From Lepidodermella squamata (taxonomy: Eukaryota > Animalia > Gastrotricha), in assembly GCA_047495785.1 (NCBI GenBank), contig JBLDXI010000020.1:3100001-3164000 (forward strand): a DNA stretch of 64,000 nucleotides. The letters are read 5' to 3'. A program made the translations under genes and the position numbers. The notes beneath the pieces are model-generated. The model searched no databases, had not been told where the DNA came from, and was given only the letters and a program-made list of their open reading frames with translations. Shown here piece after piece: positions 11,918-25,574 of the stretch. Position 1 is the first letter of the stretch, and every line of letters begins with the position of its first letter.

Positions 11918-14900
11918 ATGGTGAAACCGCCTAATTGGAAGCCAAAATCGAAGGGATCGCGTAAGTGTTCCTTTTGCAAACGGAAAGGTGTTCGAATCTC
12001 AACCCACTGCGGACTACTCAATTGCTCTAAAGCTAAAGGGCAACACCATCCCAAGCCGTGCATTAAGGTTCAACCTCCACAGTCCGCTTCTCAGTCCAAT
12101 TGTATGTTTTCCTAATCAATCAGTTATATATGTTTCATCTGTTTTTACACAGCCACGTCGTGTTCGCATGTTGGCGAATCTTTATCGGTAGCTCCATCCT
12201 CACTCACTGTTCAGAATACGTCTCAGCAGTCGTTGATATCTCAAGGCTTGTTCTTGTTATTCATCCTCAAATTGTATAAATTTGCGATAAAATTTCCCCA
12301 TAGGTAGCGGCGCTGTTCTGACTGCTTCGGAGCAATTGTTGGATTCTCAAGGTCAGTAATTTTTATTTCTCAACTATAACTTGACATGTGGCTGTGCCGT
12401 TCCAGCTGTTCCGGCTACCCGGGAAGATCCGCTGCCACCTCCGGGTTAGTTGTTAGATTGAGATTTATTTCATGTCTTGAGCGAATACCACTAAGCTCTT
12501 TTAAGAATTATAAGAATTGAAGAGGTGTTAACATATGATTGTTATGTCATTTAGTCTTGTCAAATAATATTTTCAGGCGCTTCTTTGAACGAACGGCAGG
12601 AATCTAGCGCGCCTGCAACACGTCAGCCAGTAACTCAGCCATCTTGTCCAGTATGCGGCGCAAAAGGCAGGAAGTATCTGACCCACTGCGACAATGAGGA
12701 ATGCCGGATTAGTGGCCGCGGGCATCACGCTAATCCCTGTTTCCAGTTGGAACGACCCGGGCTACAGGCCGGTGTAAATCTTGAGCAGCAACGTAAGTAT
12801 TATCCACCGGGTAACAACCTTTCATAAATAATGATTCATTTAGCTGTGGCGTCCTCTGGAGCTGTTGCTGCTACGTCACAACGGTCGCTGCCATCTATAG
12901 GTTAGTTATTTAATCAAGAATTGTGCTGCCTGGTGTTAACTAAAACTGCTGTTTGTTGCAGCTAGTGGTGGTTCTTCTAATGCACCTATTCTATGTGACA
13001 ACTGCAGAAGACGATCGGTGCCCTTTTTCGACATCGACATTGCTGTCGTGGAAGAGCCGGTATCTGGACGCAGCTATGGTGCTCTAGGACTAAGGAAAGT
13101 CTATGAAAACTGCTCGTTATGCCGTTGTTGCCGTCACTATTTGCGCAACGGCGATGCTCGTTTTCCCGCCGGATGGCCAGCCCTTGTTTATAGCCTTTTC
13201 TTCAAAGCAGCGAATAGGCACCTAGCAGAGGCCCTCTCTAACTACATATCGCCGCTCATGAAAATGATGTGGAGCGAGGTCGACGGCTCAAATGTTATGC
13301 GGGACTCGCAGCCGTGTTTCGTTGACAAGACACGTGATCTGGCTGATTTCATGGCCAATATCTACAAAGACGCAGGTATTCTATCAACCTACTAAATGAG
13401 TATACGAATGCAGTTTTTTTTTTAATTGCAGGAGGATTCAGTTACGCGCTAAACATGTACCCAGTGCCCGACGTGATATGTCCGCAAGGTTGCCTCGCTT
13501 TCATGGAGAAGTGCCAGCTAATCCCGTACCATCATTTGATCCAACATGTCACTGGCAGCAATTTCTTCGATTCCGACTTGCGCTGGTTCGAGTCAAGGAG
13601 ACCCGACTGGCCGTGCAACCCAGTGCCTTTCCTCGCTTGGGATTTCGCTGCTGCAATGGTCATGGACGAGACAAAGGGCCTATGCATCCTTGCCTGCATT
13701 GACCACAGCAAGCCGGACCTGTTTTCCATGTACCTGCATCTCCCTGCGAATCCCGAGTTCGACCGGTTCCACGATCCGCAGCAGACCGAAATCTATGCAC
13801 CCGTGCACGTGCAGCCCAATTTCGTCAGAGGCGGGCGAGTCGGTCAGTCGAACGCATCAGTGCCAGTGACAAAAACTCTGGGTGATCAATTAGGTGTCGG
13901 CAGCTTTACATTGCGTGGTGCTCACTCGGCAAATCGCAAGGCTTTGAGCATGTACGCCAGCGCCTTTAAGCCACACCTTTTGGCCTTGCGATATCGTCCT
14001 GAGATTCGCAACACCGCGATCAGCAGATTTGGCGAGGAACACGTGGCTCACGTTCTTGCTGATTTTGATCAGCATTGCCCAACTGCTGTCGTGAGAAACC
14101 ATGTCAAGGGTGGCACTTTCATCGAGCTAGCTGACTGTTACTTCACCTGGGCTATTCGCCGCAAAATCGCGACAGGTCAGTACATTTCATTCTTAATCTA
14201 CTACTATAGATTAGACTCAACAGAATTAGCACTGCATTAATTTTGCTGATAGTGATAGCCTTGTAATCGGGCCCTGCACTGAATTTTAGATGCGTTTTGT
14301 CCAATATAAAATTCTCCAATATAAATGGTCAAAGAACGGATGTAGCAACTGTAGTAGAGTATCGCGCGGGATAACCACTGCAAATTATTATGTAGTGTAC
14401 TTCGGGAGGATAAGATTAGGCCGATCGAACTGCTCCAAATTCTCGATATAATAAACAAATATAGAGATACTAAGATTCAAGCGCATTAACAATTCATCAT
14501 CGATTCCTACGAATTGTCTCATTTCGTCCTTCTTTATTTTAGGAAGTGATTCGTCGAAAAAAGGGAAAACACCTTCAGAAGCCGTGATCTTCAATCCGGT
14601 TCACCCGAACGATGATCATGGCTTAATCCCCTGGGCGTTCAAGTCGGGTCAAGGCGACAACCCTAGTCAGCTCCTGACACTGGTTGCCAACGTCGTTTCG
14701 TTGTGCCGCCCTGTGTACCGTGCGGCGTTGAGTCATCTAGTGCTTGGCAGTCCCGATTTAACACGCGTCGACATCGGTGACTTGCTCAGTCATACTGTTT
14801 CGCTGCCGCGCCCGAAAACCCCTCGTACTCTGAATTTGTCGCATCTGGCAAGGGACTTCTGGTCACTGACAGAACCCGAAAGTGATAGCGGATCTGACGA

Positions 14901-17900
14901 TGACGAAGAATCCCCCGATGTCGTTACGCGGGCATTAACTTTGATTGGGAGAGTTACTGCGCCGATTAATGATGTCGAGTTGTCGTTTGCTGGATCTCAT
15001 CTTTTAGCGATAAGAAAGGGGCAAACCATGGACGGCGAAAGAAGGAGTCTCCGAAGTCATGGTGAGTGTTTTATTCATATTTTGGCAATTATTGCTGCAT
15101 TATTAGACGTTGTGGTGATACATATCATGATCTTGGGTCCTGAATTTCAAAATTTACTGGTTTTAATCAAAAATTGAAACAACAAAAAATTGAGGGCTCC
15201 CATTCAAGTTATAATGACGTAAATCTTGAAATATTGAGTAATTTTCAAATCGTTTGATTCATACCTAGATAACCCTTGTTTATTTCGTGTTGACAGTGGG
15301 TAGGGTGCTGGTCATCCACGGAGGTCAATCTCAGCTGCTGACCGAATACCAGACTTCGCATGAGCTGCTGATGTGCCGACCCGAAGGTGCCTTGCCGATC
15401 AATTGGCCCGCATTGCCCTTGTCGCTGAAAGCTGGTCATCACCTGCTACTTGCCCGCGTCAAGTTTGGCTCGAAATCCTACATCGTTTTTCGATGGTCGC
15501 CTAGCTTCAGTGGCTGGTGGACAGTAGAGCCTAGCGGGCGAGTGGTTCGTGGTGTCAGTGATCAGCACATGCGCTCTGACGTCCAATTTGCGATTTACGC
15601 TCTGCCTGGCAACCAGACGTTCTGCAATCAAGCCGTCCGTCAATCGCTCGGTGGTCAAAGCAAGGCTGCCTGCGAAATGCATTTCGACTCTGTCGAGTTC
15701 AACTTCACTCTTATGAAAGTGCCGGTGAAACATAAGGTGAAGTGTTGCATGCGATCACCGGGAAGAGCCAATCAATGCGGCAAACCTGCTCAGTTGCGCT
15801 GTCCTGCGGGCTTGCAGAATGGCAGCTTGTCGTGCAGTGTCGGCATCTGCACGCGGTGCTTCAAGAAGCTTCCAGCGGACGGTATCACCAAGCTCTCAGC
15901 GCCTGACTTTCTGCCTGATGTGCCTGAAGATGCTGAATTGCAACTGTCAGCTAGCAGGGCATCGAACTTGGAAGCTCAAGCCGACGAGGTTCCGCCGCAG
16001 CCTGAGCAGCTTCATTTGGCTACTGATATTCAATTTCCTCGAGGCGATGCTGAGCCGCTGTATGATCCGACCAAGGGTATTCTCGCCAAGTATCTCTGGC
16101 AGCACTTGGGAATTCTGCAGCGAACCAGGCTCGCTTTCGATTCTGCCCAGAAGTCTTTTCTACTGCAGCAGATGGTTGCCTTCGGAGATGCCCCTGCTAC
16201 TTCCATCTTGTACCCGGAGGGTGCTCTGTTTCCGTCACTTTTCTATTGCCAACGTGATGGCAGTGTTGTTGGTGCTTTGCCTCACCATCACTACTCGTCC
16301 TACAACTCCGACTATACAGGTGGAATCGGCTCCCTGTCTGATCATGTCAAAGTCAGGTTGCGCAACTTCTTCTTGGCAACAAGCTGGTCGTTTGCGTCAA
16401 TCTACTTCTCCTTTGACATGAAGCTATCGGCGCAGCTGAACAAAAACAGCACTGCAATCTTCATGAAGCGTGGGACAGAAGGCCTGGCAGGTAAAGGCGC
16501 TGTTGGCTGGTCTCCTCCTGGCACGGCTCTCGAATACGAGGAGTTCGACAAGGAGTCGAGGCTGAAAGAGCTTGGCGCCCTAATCAAGCATGAAGAATGG
16601 AAGTGGTTCGGGACAATTACTTGTAATGATACAGGTTAGCACAAGTTTTGGTATTCAATCTCACTCAATTGTAGACTGAATAATTTCTCCAAGAATTGTT
16701 TGAAATTTGAAATTTTACCACCTCGACCTACACAATGCATTATTTTTCAATTCCAGGCACACCTGGTGTATGTGAAATCGTCAAAGCCCTTATGATAAAC
16801 GCTCAAAGGCACCATGGTCCACGCCCTGTTCTGTCGAAGGCCGACTATCAGCGAACTTTTCGTCAGCGTCTGCTCCTTGTTTCAAGGCTTGACGAGACCG
16901 AGTACAAGCGGCTGTACTACGCCCATTTCATCCTCATCAGCATGGCTTGGCAACGAGTGCAGGAGCATCTGATCGAGTTCCTGAAGCGCACGAATGTTGT
17001 TGGCACTGTCACCACTATTTTCGTCAGGAACGAATTTCAGAGCGAATCACTCGTTGGCAACAAAAGTCATCTGCATATGGGCATTTCAGTACGCGAAAGC
17101 CGGGCAGAACTGCTGGAGAAAGTTTGCTGTGATCCTCGTGAATTCTTCTCGGAGCGGTACGGCACGTCATTCGACGAGCTTCAGCGCTTGAGGTTGGTCG
17201 AGAGCCGAGATCACTTCGAGCTGCTCAAGGAGGTCCATTACCCCTTCCAACGTCACGAATGCGAGAAAGCGTTTTGGAAATGTCAAGTTCCACGCGGCGA
17301 AGGAGGGGAAATGGTTTGCCGAGTTCGCCAGCACGGCGTCTCCAGCAGCGGCTATTTCGAAGAATTCCGCAACGTGTACTCCGAGGATACCCTGAAAGAG
17401 CTGCAATCCCTAGACCTCGCCAGAGAAGTGCCCAATCCCACTGGCGACTTTGACTGGGAATTTCTGGCTGATCAGCTCAAGTCGGGCGTGTACCACTACG
17501 CGATCAAGCATCTCGAGAAGGGCGTGAAGTTCATTCCGCAAATCCCGATCATCGCGGCAATGATGGGCGGCTCCACGAACTTTCAGATATGCGATTCTCA
17601 TTTCAGCGTATCTTACCTGACGAGCTACGTTGCCAGCTCCGACGCTCGCCCTGAAGCTTACGCTGCAACGACAGATGTTCCGGGCCAAGTCGTTGCTTTG
17701 TTCCCTGCTGGTTTTGAGCGAGGTCAAAAGCTTGCTAGTGTTCGGTGAGTAATATCTTTGCACTTCAATTGACTTGAAAAACTTTGATGTTTTTAGGAAA
17801 GTGATGGAAGCGAAGCTGAAGCATTTCCGTCGAGAAAGCATGCAGAGCTTTATCTTCATCGCCTTGACAGAAGTTGCTTGGTTCGCGTTGGGGTTTCCCT

Positions 17901-20900
17901 ACACCATCACGAATGTCGGTTTCGTACACATCAACACACACCCACCAGCTTCGCGGCTAATGTTGTGGCGACCGAAAGAAGCAGTGAAAAAGCGACTACC
18001 GGGTATGCTCTTGAGAATAGTTATTGTGATTATTTTCAAATAATATTCCAAAAACAGGTACAGATGTAGTTGCTGTCGACCCAAACTACAATCGCCGGGG
18101 CCTGCCTCAGTGGCGCTTGTTCACGGAAGCATGCATTCGTCTGATCATGAAAATGAGAGGCACGAATCTGCTAGCTGGCCCTGTCGAGAAGTTCGAGATT
18201 CGACCTCCCGAGGCTCGTATCTTTGCGTCACCTGCTATCTATCACGCGGTGTTCGTCATCGACCGGAAAAACCGACGACCATACAACCCGATGGTCGATC
18301 CTTACATCCGTTTTTTCGACGGCTTCAAGCGGGAGGTCCGAATCAACGATTGCAGTTTGCGCATCGCGCTCGACTATCTGGCTCAGCAGGACCAATCCAA
18401 TGCAGCCGTTCAAGCACTCACGGAAATTTTCGAACTCTTGGTCGAAGGCGATCCTGTCTATGTTGACCGGTAACGATCTTTACGTTTTTATAATTTTCGG
18501 AATATTTCAAATGTACGCTGAACTAGGTACTTGCACGTCACAAATAAGGCGGCGATAATTCCAGTCCTATCCACCATCTCTCCGCTCAACCGCTTCAACT
18601 TCTTGTATCACGTCGTCATGACGTTTGGTCGAATCGAAGATGAGGCTACTACCTTTCCGGCTGGGCATCTCCGGGCGGCATTTGTTCGATCGGGGCTCAT
18701 TCGGGTCAATCCTGAAGGCGAGCCGACCAACCTTCCTGCCGACGTGAGGTCTCTGAAGCGTCGCGTCATTCTCGAAATCTTCGCTTTCCTGCCAATCGGT
18801 GTCAAGAGATTCGATTTTTACGTCGCCACTCTGAAATCCATGTTCGAGCAGTTTTTCTTTGGCGATGGAGGCACCGACAATCTCTCGGCACTGACTGACT
18901 GGGATGCGATTGAACGGGAAGTTGACGAGGATATTGTCCGAGCGGAAGGAGAAATGAAGCGGTCTGTGGTTGAGGTGACGCATTCGCAGCTTGTCGGGAA
19001 ATTGCCGCTACCACCGCTGTCGGATTTCACTGACGCTACATCGTGTCAACCTTTGGAATGGATTCCGAGTCTTCAACGACAACCAGGTCAGTCGGACCAG
19101 TCTTTCCAGGAGCAGCAGGCGGCTCTGGCTTTCGGTATGAAGACACTCGAACGCTTCCGAAGCAGAGCTAGCTTCAAGCACATCGCACTGGTTGGTCCTC
19201 CTGGGGCTGGAAAGACAACGCTGGCGCAGATCCTTGCCATGGTTGCCGTTTCTAAGGGACTACGAGTTGTCATTACTGCTTTGACCTCGGAGCGAGCACG
19301 AGTTCTTGGCGGTCGGCACATCCACCTGCTTTTTCCTTTGCCGGTTAAGCAAATACCGTACAAAAATGTAATGGCGTATGCTGACGGCTGCCTCAAGAAT
19401 CTGTGTTTCAAGACTACGCCGTCTGTTGTCCTATATCGGGCTGACGTCTTCATCATCGAAGAAATTGGGCTGGTCTCTGCTGAAACCCTGGAAATCTTGG
19501 ACACAGTTATGAGGAGTCTTACAGGTAAGCAAACCAGCATTCAATTATTACTGGTATTTATAGTTTTCATTAGGAGTCGATGCGAAAATGGGTGGCAAAT
19601 TGATCATTGCTACCGGGGACTTTGCTCAGCTCGAGACGATCAATGGTGAGAGTTGATTTATTGCAATACTAACATGTATATTGTATTTGTTTTTTTTAAT
19701 TATCCCAGGTCGATCCTTTTGGGAATCAACACAATTGTACCTCAGCTACGACGTCGCATTGTTGAAACATTTCGTTCGGGCTGCCACTGACCCGCTACTC
19801 CAGCGGGTGCTGTTGATTTTGCGGCAAGGCGTTCTTGACGAGATTGACCGGGACTTCATCCTCAAAGCTGTGACTAGAACGTGCAACTTTTACGACACTT
19901 GGGACAACGTTCCGTTCCTTGTCCAGCGGATCGTCCCAACAAGAGAAGCTGAACAAGAGGTTAGTTGGAAACGGAAAATTTTGGTGATCACTCTTGCCTT
20001 TCATTAATTGATCAGGTCATTCGGAAGTTCCTGCAAGACGCTAGTCTCAGTGGCAAGACTTTGAAAACAGCTCTATGCATCGACGAAGTAAACACGCGTG
20101 GTGCCTGGGAACCTCTTCACCGTCCCGAATGGAAAAAAGCTATCAACAAACAGTCACTCAAGCCCGAGAACTTAACGCTCTTTGTTGGTGCTGTGGTTGC
20201 TATGACCTACAATCACGTAGCGTCGAACCCGCAACACTCCTTCTCCCAAGGGCAGCTAGCTCTGGTGACGCAGTTGCCGGAAGACATGGCCGCACCGGAT
20301 GCCAAAATTTCTGTCCGCTTGGTTCCTCCAGGGCTGCGTGACATTGCACCAGATGAGGCTTGGCCAGAAATAAGTGTGGGCCGGCATCGGGACGATAACA
20401 TTGTTGTTGGCGACAACAAAACGCACCTGCGTCGTGTTCAGTTTCCGCTGCGGCATTACATTGCCTCGACTATTCATCGTGAGTGCTAACCTTGTTTTTA
20501 TATTCAAGTATATAAAAATGTTAATTGTTTTCAGGAATCATGGGTTCTACCTGCGAGAACGGCGTTGCAGCCAAGATTGCTTCCAACGAGAAGGTACGTA
20601 TTGCGAACAATAACTGTGGATATTGATATGTTCAATGTACTGTAATGAAGGGCTACGTGCTATGGGAACGGGCGCAGCTTGCTGTCATTCTCTCGCGGTG
20701 CCGTTCACTTGACCGTGTGTCATTTGTTGGCGAACGCGCAGACATCACTGTGGCCATCGAAAGGCTGTTGATGGCAGTCGATGAGCCATACGAGGCTATC
20801 GTCGCATCGCTGCAAACGCTGGACGTGCTGCCTACCTCAACAGTCGCCAGTAACTGGTCAGCCGGACGACAGCAGCAGGTCAGCGACCCCGACGAACTGC

Positions 20901-22006
20901 CCGACATCACGTTCCGCGTTTTACGAACAACTTCCGGGTTAGTCCACTTACTTATTTGGCTCTTTGTATAGTCAACTCACTAATTGCGTATGTCCCATTA
21001 TATATCGAGTCTTGACAGTTCATATTTCTATAACCATTTTATTATATTTCAAAATAGAATAAGTCGAACGTTTTCAAGAAAATTTTTCTTATAGATCATT
21101 CACGATCGAGCAGCTTGGCGATGCTCAAACTTCCATCCCATTGTAAGTATGGCATTGTTCATCTGCTTTATATACTATTCAAAACTTCTTCATAGCCCTG
21201 CAACCGTTGACCAGGCAAGCTCCTCCGATGCGCCTGTTGTCCCACGGTTAGTATAACCTATCAATTCCATTTCATTGCTTCAAATTCTGCTCAATTTATC
21301 AGAGTGCCGACATTGTTGGACTTCTACCGCGTCGTCGGTCCTGATTTGTCGGAACGCGAGCCCAATGGCGTCGTTTATCAATTGGTGGAGGTGGCTCAGC
21401 CGTGGGCCAGCTACTTTGGCGAAACCGAGCAAGCGCCTCTACAGCGACTTTATGACCACAATCACAGTAAATACAAGAGAGACTAAAAAAATCGAACTGC
21501 TAACATTTGATTTCAGATGCAGGGGCCGCGATGACTCGCGGCAAGCAATGGCATTTGTACGCCGTCGCTCGTGGCTTGCCTGATGACGAAACCAGGTTGA
21601 ACCTGGAGAAAAGGTGCCAGGACCTAATTACAGCGCAACCTGAGCTTTTGCCGTGGCAAGTTAGGACCAAGTTTGAGTCCTACGTGGACGACATCAACGC
21701 TCGCCTGCATGGGTCCACTGCTGTAATTCGTTACGGCGAGTTGGACGAGGCTAAGGTTCACCGCCTGCGTACGATCTCCTTGTGAGTCAGCTGATGGATG
21801 TCATTCTTTTTACTCAATCCTTTCACTTTTCAGCACGTCGACAATTAGAGTAGCACCGGCGCCACCGTCAGCGCAAGAAGAAGCAGGTGAACTAATCGAC
21901 CAAGATCCGCCCCCAAAGCGGTAAATAGATTTAAGTTCACATTTGCTTGTAGCTTTTTACTATTATTTTCAGAATTCATCTCGCAAATAATTGTTCGCCG
22001 TCTTGA
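11918..22006 (+). CDS. 25-exon, ~2,678-aa protein: Zn-knuckles, HUH Rep, Pif1-like helicase, GIY-YIG endonuclease
   Basis: 5' exons 11918-12101, 12153-12245 (GC donor), 12304-12351, 12406-12444, 12577-12792, 12844-12900, 12962-13375, 13432-14175, 14543-15061, then the copy-1 exons shifted by 14999. Total 8037 nt, open throughout, with consistent splice phases. AATAAA about 60 nt after the stop. Confidence 0.82.
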
Positions 22007-22489
22007 TGTTTCTGCCGATCTTCCGATAAATGAAATGTTCCAATTCAATGTTTTTCCTAGTAGTAGCCAATAAACGTATTGCACTTTTTCTAATAGTGTT
22101 TATTGAATCAGAGTTATCAGATCGACTTGACTTAATATGAATCAAATCGCCACGAAACCGTAATTTGTCTGATCCTTGTGCTTCGTCCATTATATAATTT
22201 TTCTAAAAGATTACCTAAGCTGATTGCCATGCTCTTGGCTCTGTGGCAACCGAACCATATTCATCTCACAAGTTGGCACTACAGTTGCTTCCGGAACCCA
22301 CCATAAAGATGACAGGTCTTAGTTTCAAGTTTTTCCATTGCATCACCATTGCTAAATCAAAATCCATCAAATAAAAATGCTTCCCTGCGTAAATCTATAA
22401 TTTCAAATCTTAATCACGGAAAATAAGGTTTATATCAAATCAAATCAAACCCAAAGCACTGATGAGAATATCAAATTTCAAATGTCATT

Positions 22490-23102
22490 AACACTGGGGT
22501 GAGGGGGAGCCACCGTCCCCTCCAACGACGTGGAGGGGAACTCCAAGGGGTGGTTCGAGTCCTTACCTATTACCCAGGAGAGTAGAGAAAAAGAAAAGGC
22601 TAGCGCAGCGTAAGCCTTGGAACTCTCCTGGATGGGGGCGCGACTCTGGGAGTTCCGAAGGAACGCCAGTTCCTTTACGCGTGTTTTACACATACGCCGT
22701 AGATTACCACGAACGAAGTGAGATTTCATCCCAACAGGGGGGCCCGAGAACGCGTTGGTTAACAGGACATACTCCGATCGACTTGCCCGATTTATGGTGG
22801 TATCCTGGACCCCTCAGGACCTCCCAGAAACTTTTTCAGCTCAATCGGACCTTCCGTTGATTTTCTAGAAATTAGGACGGTTTTTTCTTATTTTACCGTA
22901 TTTTTTGGTCACGTGACCTGAAATGGGTAGTATATGAGGGGACAGTAGGAGGATATGATAGGTACACCAAAAAACAAACCACGCTGACCAAAGCTTCCCA
23001 GCCAGCTGACAGGCTGGCCCCTCGCCCCTGGGGGAGAGGGGCCCACAATAGATCAACAATGCAAGCTCGCGACTAAAGAGCAAACGACAAAAAGGCAATA
23101 TA
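22490..23102 (+). repeat. Module M copy 2
   Basis: Variant of 7491-8109 with small indels and substitutions. Confidence 0.9.
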
Positions 23103-24434
23103 AATAAAATGCAAGGTCAATTGAAAAGACGTGAGGCAAATAAATTGTGAATTATGCATTTAAAGCAACAGAATTACCCGTAATCGACTACGGAGAATCC
23201 GAATACGACATTCATTTTGTTAAAGCAATGATAATCCAATGATAATCACTTCAACAAATTTCGCGCTCGAGCAGCTGCGTTACGGACTACGGAGAATCCG
23301 AATATGACATTTATTTCATTATCGAAATATGATAACCCATGATAACCCTTCAAACCATTTTCGCCCTCCTTTTACCCACTTTCGCCGCGCCACTTGCGTA
23401 TTTTCACCACGAGTTGCGTATCTTTCACCACCTAACAACTTACGACGCATCACTGTTGAGGTAAGAAACTTCGAACAAGCACTTCAAATTATGCGCCACA
23501 TCGACCCATCGACATCGAGCTGCGTATCGCTGAGGACCATCTCATCATTGTTGTAAATTCAGTCATTCATGTACACTGATGATTGTTATACGTTATACGT
23601 ATGTGTTCCTTGTGATATGAGTTCTTTGAGAACCTTGTGGAATATGTGTTAAACGTGATTCACCACAAAAGATCCGCCTTGAAACACAGCTAACTTACAC
23701 TGCCTTTTTGTGTCCATTGCCATAGAAGGTGCATTTTGCACATTAATCTATGGGTTTACCCGTAATCGACTACGGAGAATCCGAATATGACATCCATTTT
23801 ATTATAAAGCAATCCTAACCCCATGATAATCCTTCCAATAATTTTCCAAAAATGTTCCGGCTCGCGCGGCTGCGCCGCACTCGCTGAAAGAGTTGCGTAA
23901 CTTTAACCACCTTACAACTTAACGAATCCTCACCGATGAGGTAAGAAACTTGCAAGTGTGAATATGCACAGTTTCACATAGCAAAAACCAGCAAGTTGGA
24001 CATGGCACCCCATTAAAAAACCAAATTAGCCAAATTAGCTGAACATGTTCTTTACGAAGAAATGTTTCATATTTCGACGTTTTCGTCATCAACAATTTTT
24101 TATATTATTTAATTCAACCCTGCTTGATATTTTACAAACATTATTCGAAACTTCTAAGAAAGGTCCATAAAGTTTCACATTTCACAAAATGCATTTTTAT
24201 TTTTCATTCATGCTACTACGAAGTACTAATGATAGCGCGGTACAATAACAAACACGTTGACATATGATATCTCAACGAAGCCGTCATTCACCAGATCTGG
24301 ATACGGAATCCTCGCCACTTAATTCAACGTTGATTAATATTTTGCAAACATTTTTCGAAACTTTTAAGTATCCCAGTAGGGTCCAAAAAGTTCAACATTT
24401 CCCTTGACAATACCCTCGGGAAGTAGCTGTAGCG
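22790..24434 (+). repeat. ~1.65-kb direct repeat (3' part of M plus flank), duplicated at ~30929-32573
   Basis: Offset 8139 (ORFs 22865/31004 and 23329/31468 are identical). Both copies end at agtagctgtagcgc. Confidence 0.88.
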
Positions 24435-24952
24435 CTGTGTTACCCCGATTAATTTTTACAACAACCTCTCGAAACTTCGAAACTTTAGCTCAAACCTTCT
24501 TGTTTTGTTCTTTTTGCGTTCTCGTCATCAGTGACATGGATTCTACCAATTCATGTCATTCAATTGTTACCCTGATTGTTTTTTTACAACAAACTCTCGA
24601 AACTTCGAAACTTCAAAACATGGTCGTGGGTTCGAACCAGATCTCTCCTTTTTCTACTCATCAATTTGTTCTTCAACCTGCACGCATTCGTTGTTGGCGT
24701 TTTCGTCATCAGCTACATCGATTCTACCAATTCATGTCATTCAATTGTTAACTCGATTTTACAACATCTTCTCGAAATTTTATGAAAGCGAATAAATGTT
24801 CAACTACTCTTTAACGTGCATTCTTCTCTAAATATTTCCAAGCCATTCAAAAATACGTTGGACGGTTCCTGAGCGAACCCGAAATTACTACTTATCTATA
24901 AACACCTAATCCGGAGAACATTCAAATTTACAATTCAATTTCATGTTTCATC

Positions 24953-25574
24953 AACATTGGGGTGAGGGGGAAGCACCGTCCCCTCCAACGACGTGGAGGG
25001 GATCTCGTAGGGGTGGTTCGAGTCCGTACCCATTACCCAGGAGAGTAGAGAAAAAGAAAGAAAAGGCTAGCGCAGCGTAAGCCTTGTCGAACTCTCCTGG
25101 ATGGGGGCGCGACTCTGGGAGTTCCGAAGGAACGCCAGTTCCTTTACACGTGTTTTACACATACGCCGTAGATTACCACGAACGAAGTGAGATAGATCTT
25201 AGGCGGACCACCCCGCATTTTCCGTGTTGGTTAACAGGACATACTCCGATCGACTTGCCCGATTTATGGTGGTATCCTGGACCCCTCAGGACCTCCCAGA
25301 AACTTTTTCAGCTCAATCGGACCTTCCGTTGATTTTTTAGAAATTAGGACGGTTTTTTCCTATTTTACCGTATTTTTTGGTCACGTGACCCGGACTGGGT
25401 AGTATAGTGCAGGGCAGTAGGAGGATATGATAGGTACACCAAAAAACAAACCACGCTGACCAAAGCTTCCGAGCCAGCCAACAGGCTGGCCCCTCGCCCC
25501 TGGGGGAGAGGGGCCCACAAGAGACCAACAATGCAAGCTAACGACCAATGAGCAAACGACAAAACGGCAATATA
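24953..25574 (+). repeat. Module M copy 3
   Basis: Variant of M. Its upstream flank (~24440-24952) matches ~58838-59350 (offset 34398). Confidence 0.9.

Larger units (their letters stand above)
7491..22489 (+). mobile_element. Complete 14,999-bp Helitron-like (HUH Rep/Pif1/GIY-YIG) tandem unit, copy 2
   Basis: Tandem period of 14,999 bp. Bounded by direct copies of module M. Contains a tRNA-like element, a 180-bp satellite and the Rep-helicase gene. True termini are not determined. Confidence 0.75.

Noticed and set aside
18527-20937. Cellular PIF1 gene
   Set aside because: Fused to a HUH Rep, tandemly repeated in near-identical units, with deviant motifs.
21303-21781. Penelope-like element (GIY-YIG)
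   Set aside because: No reverse transcriptase; the nuclease exons splice in frame to the helicase.
7491-23102. LTR retrotransposon with M as LTRs
   Set aside because: No reverse transcriptase, gag or integrase between the M copies; no TG...CA ends or TSD seen.
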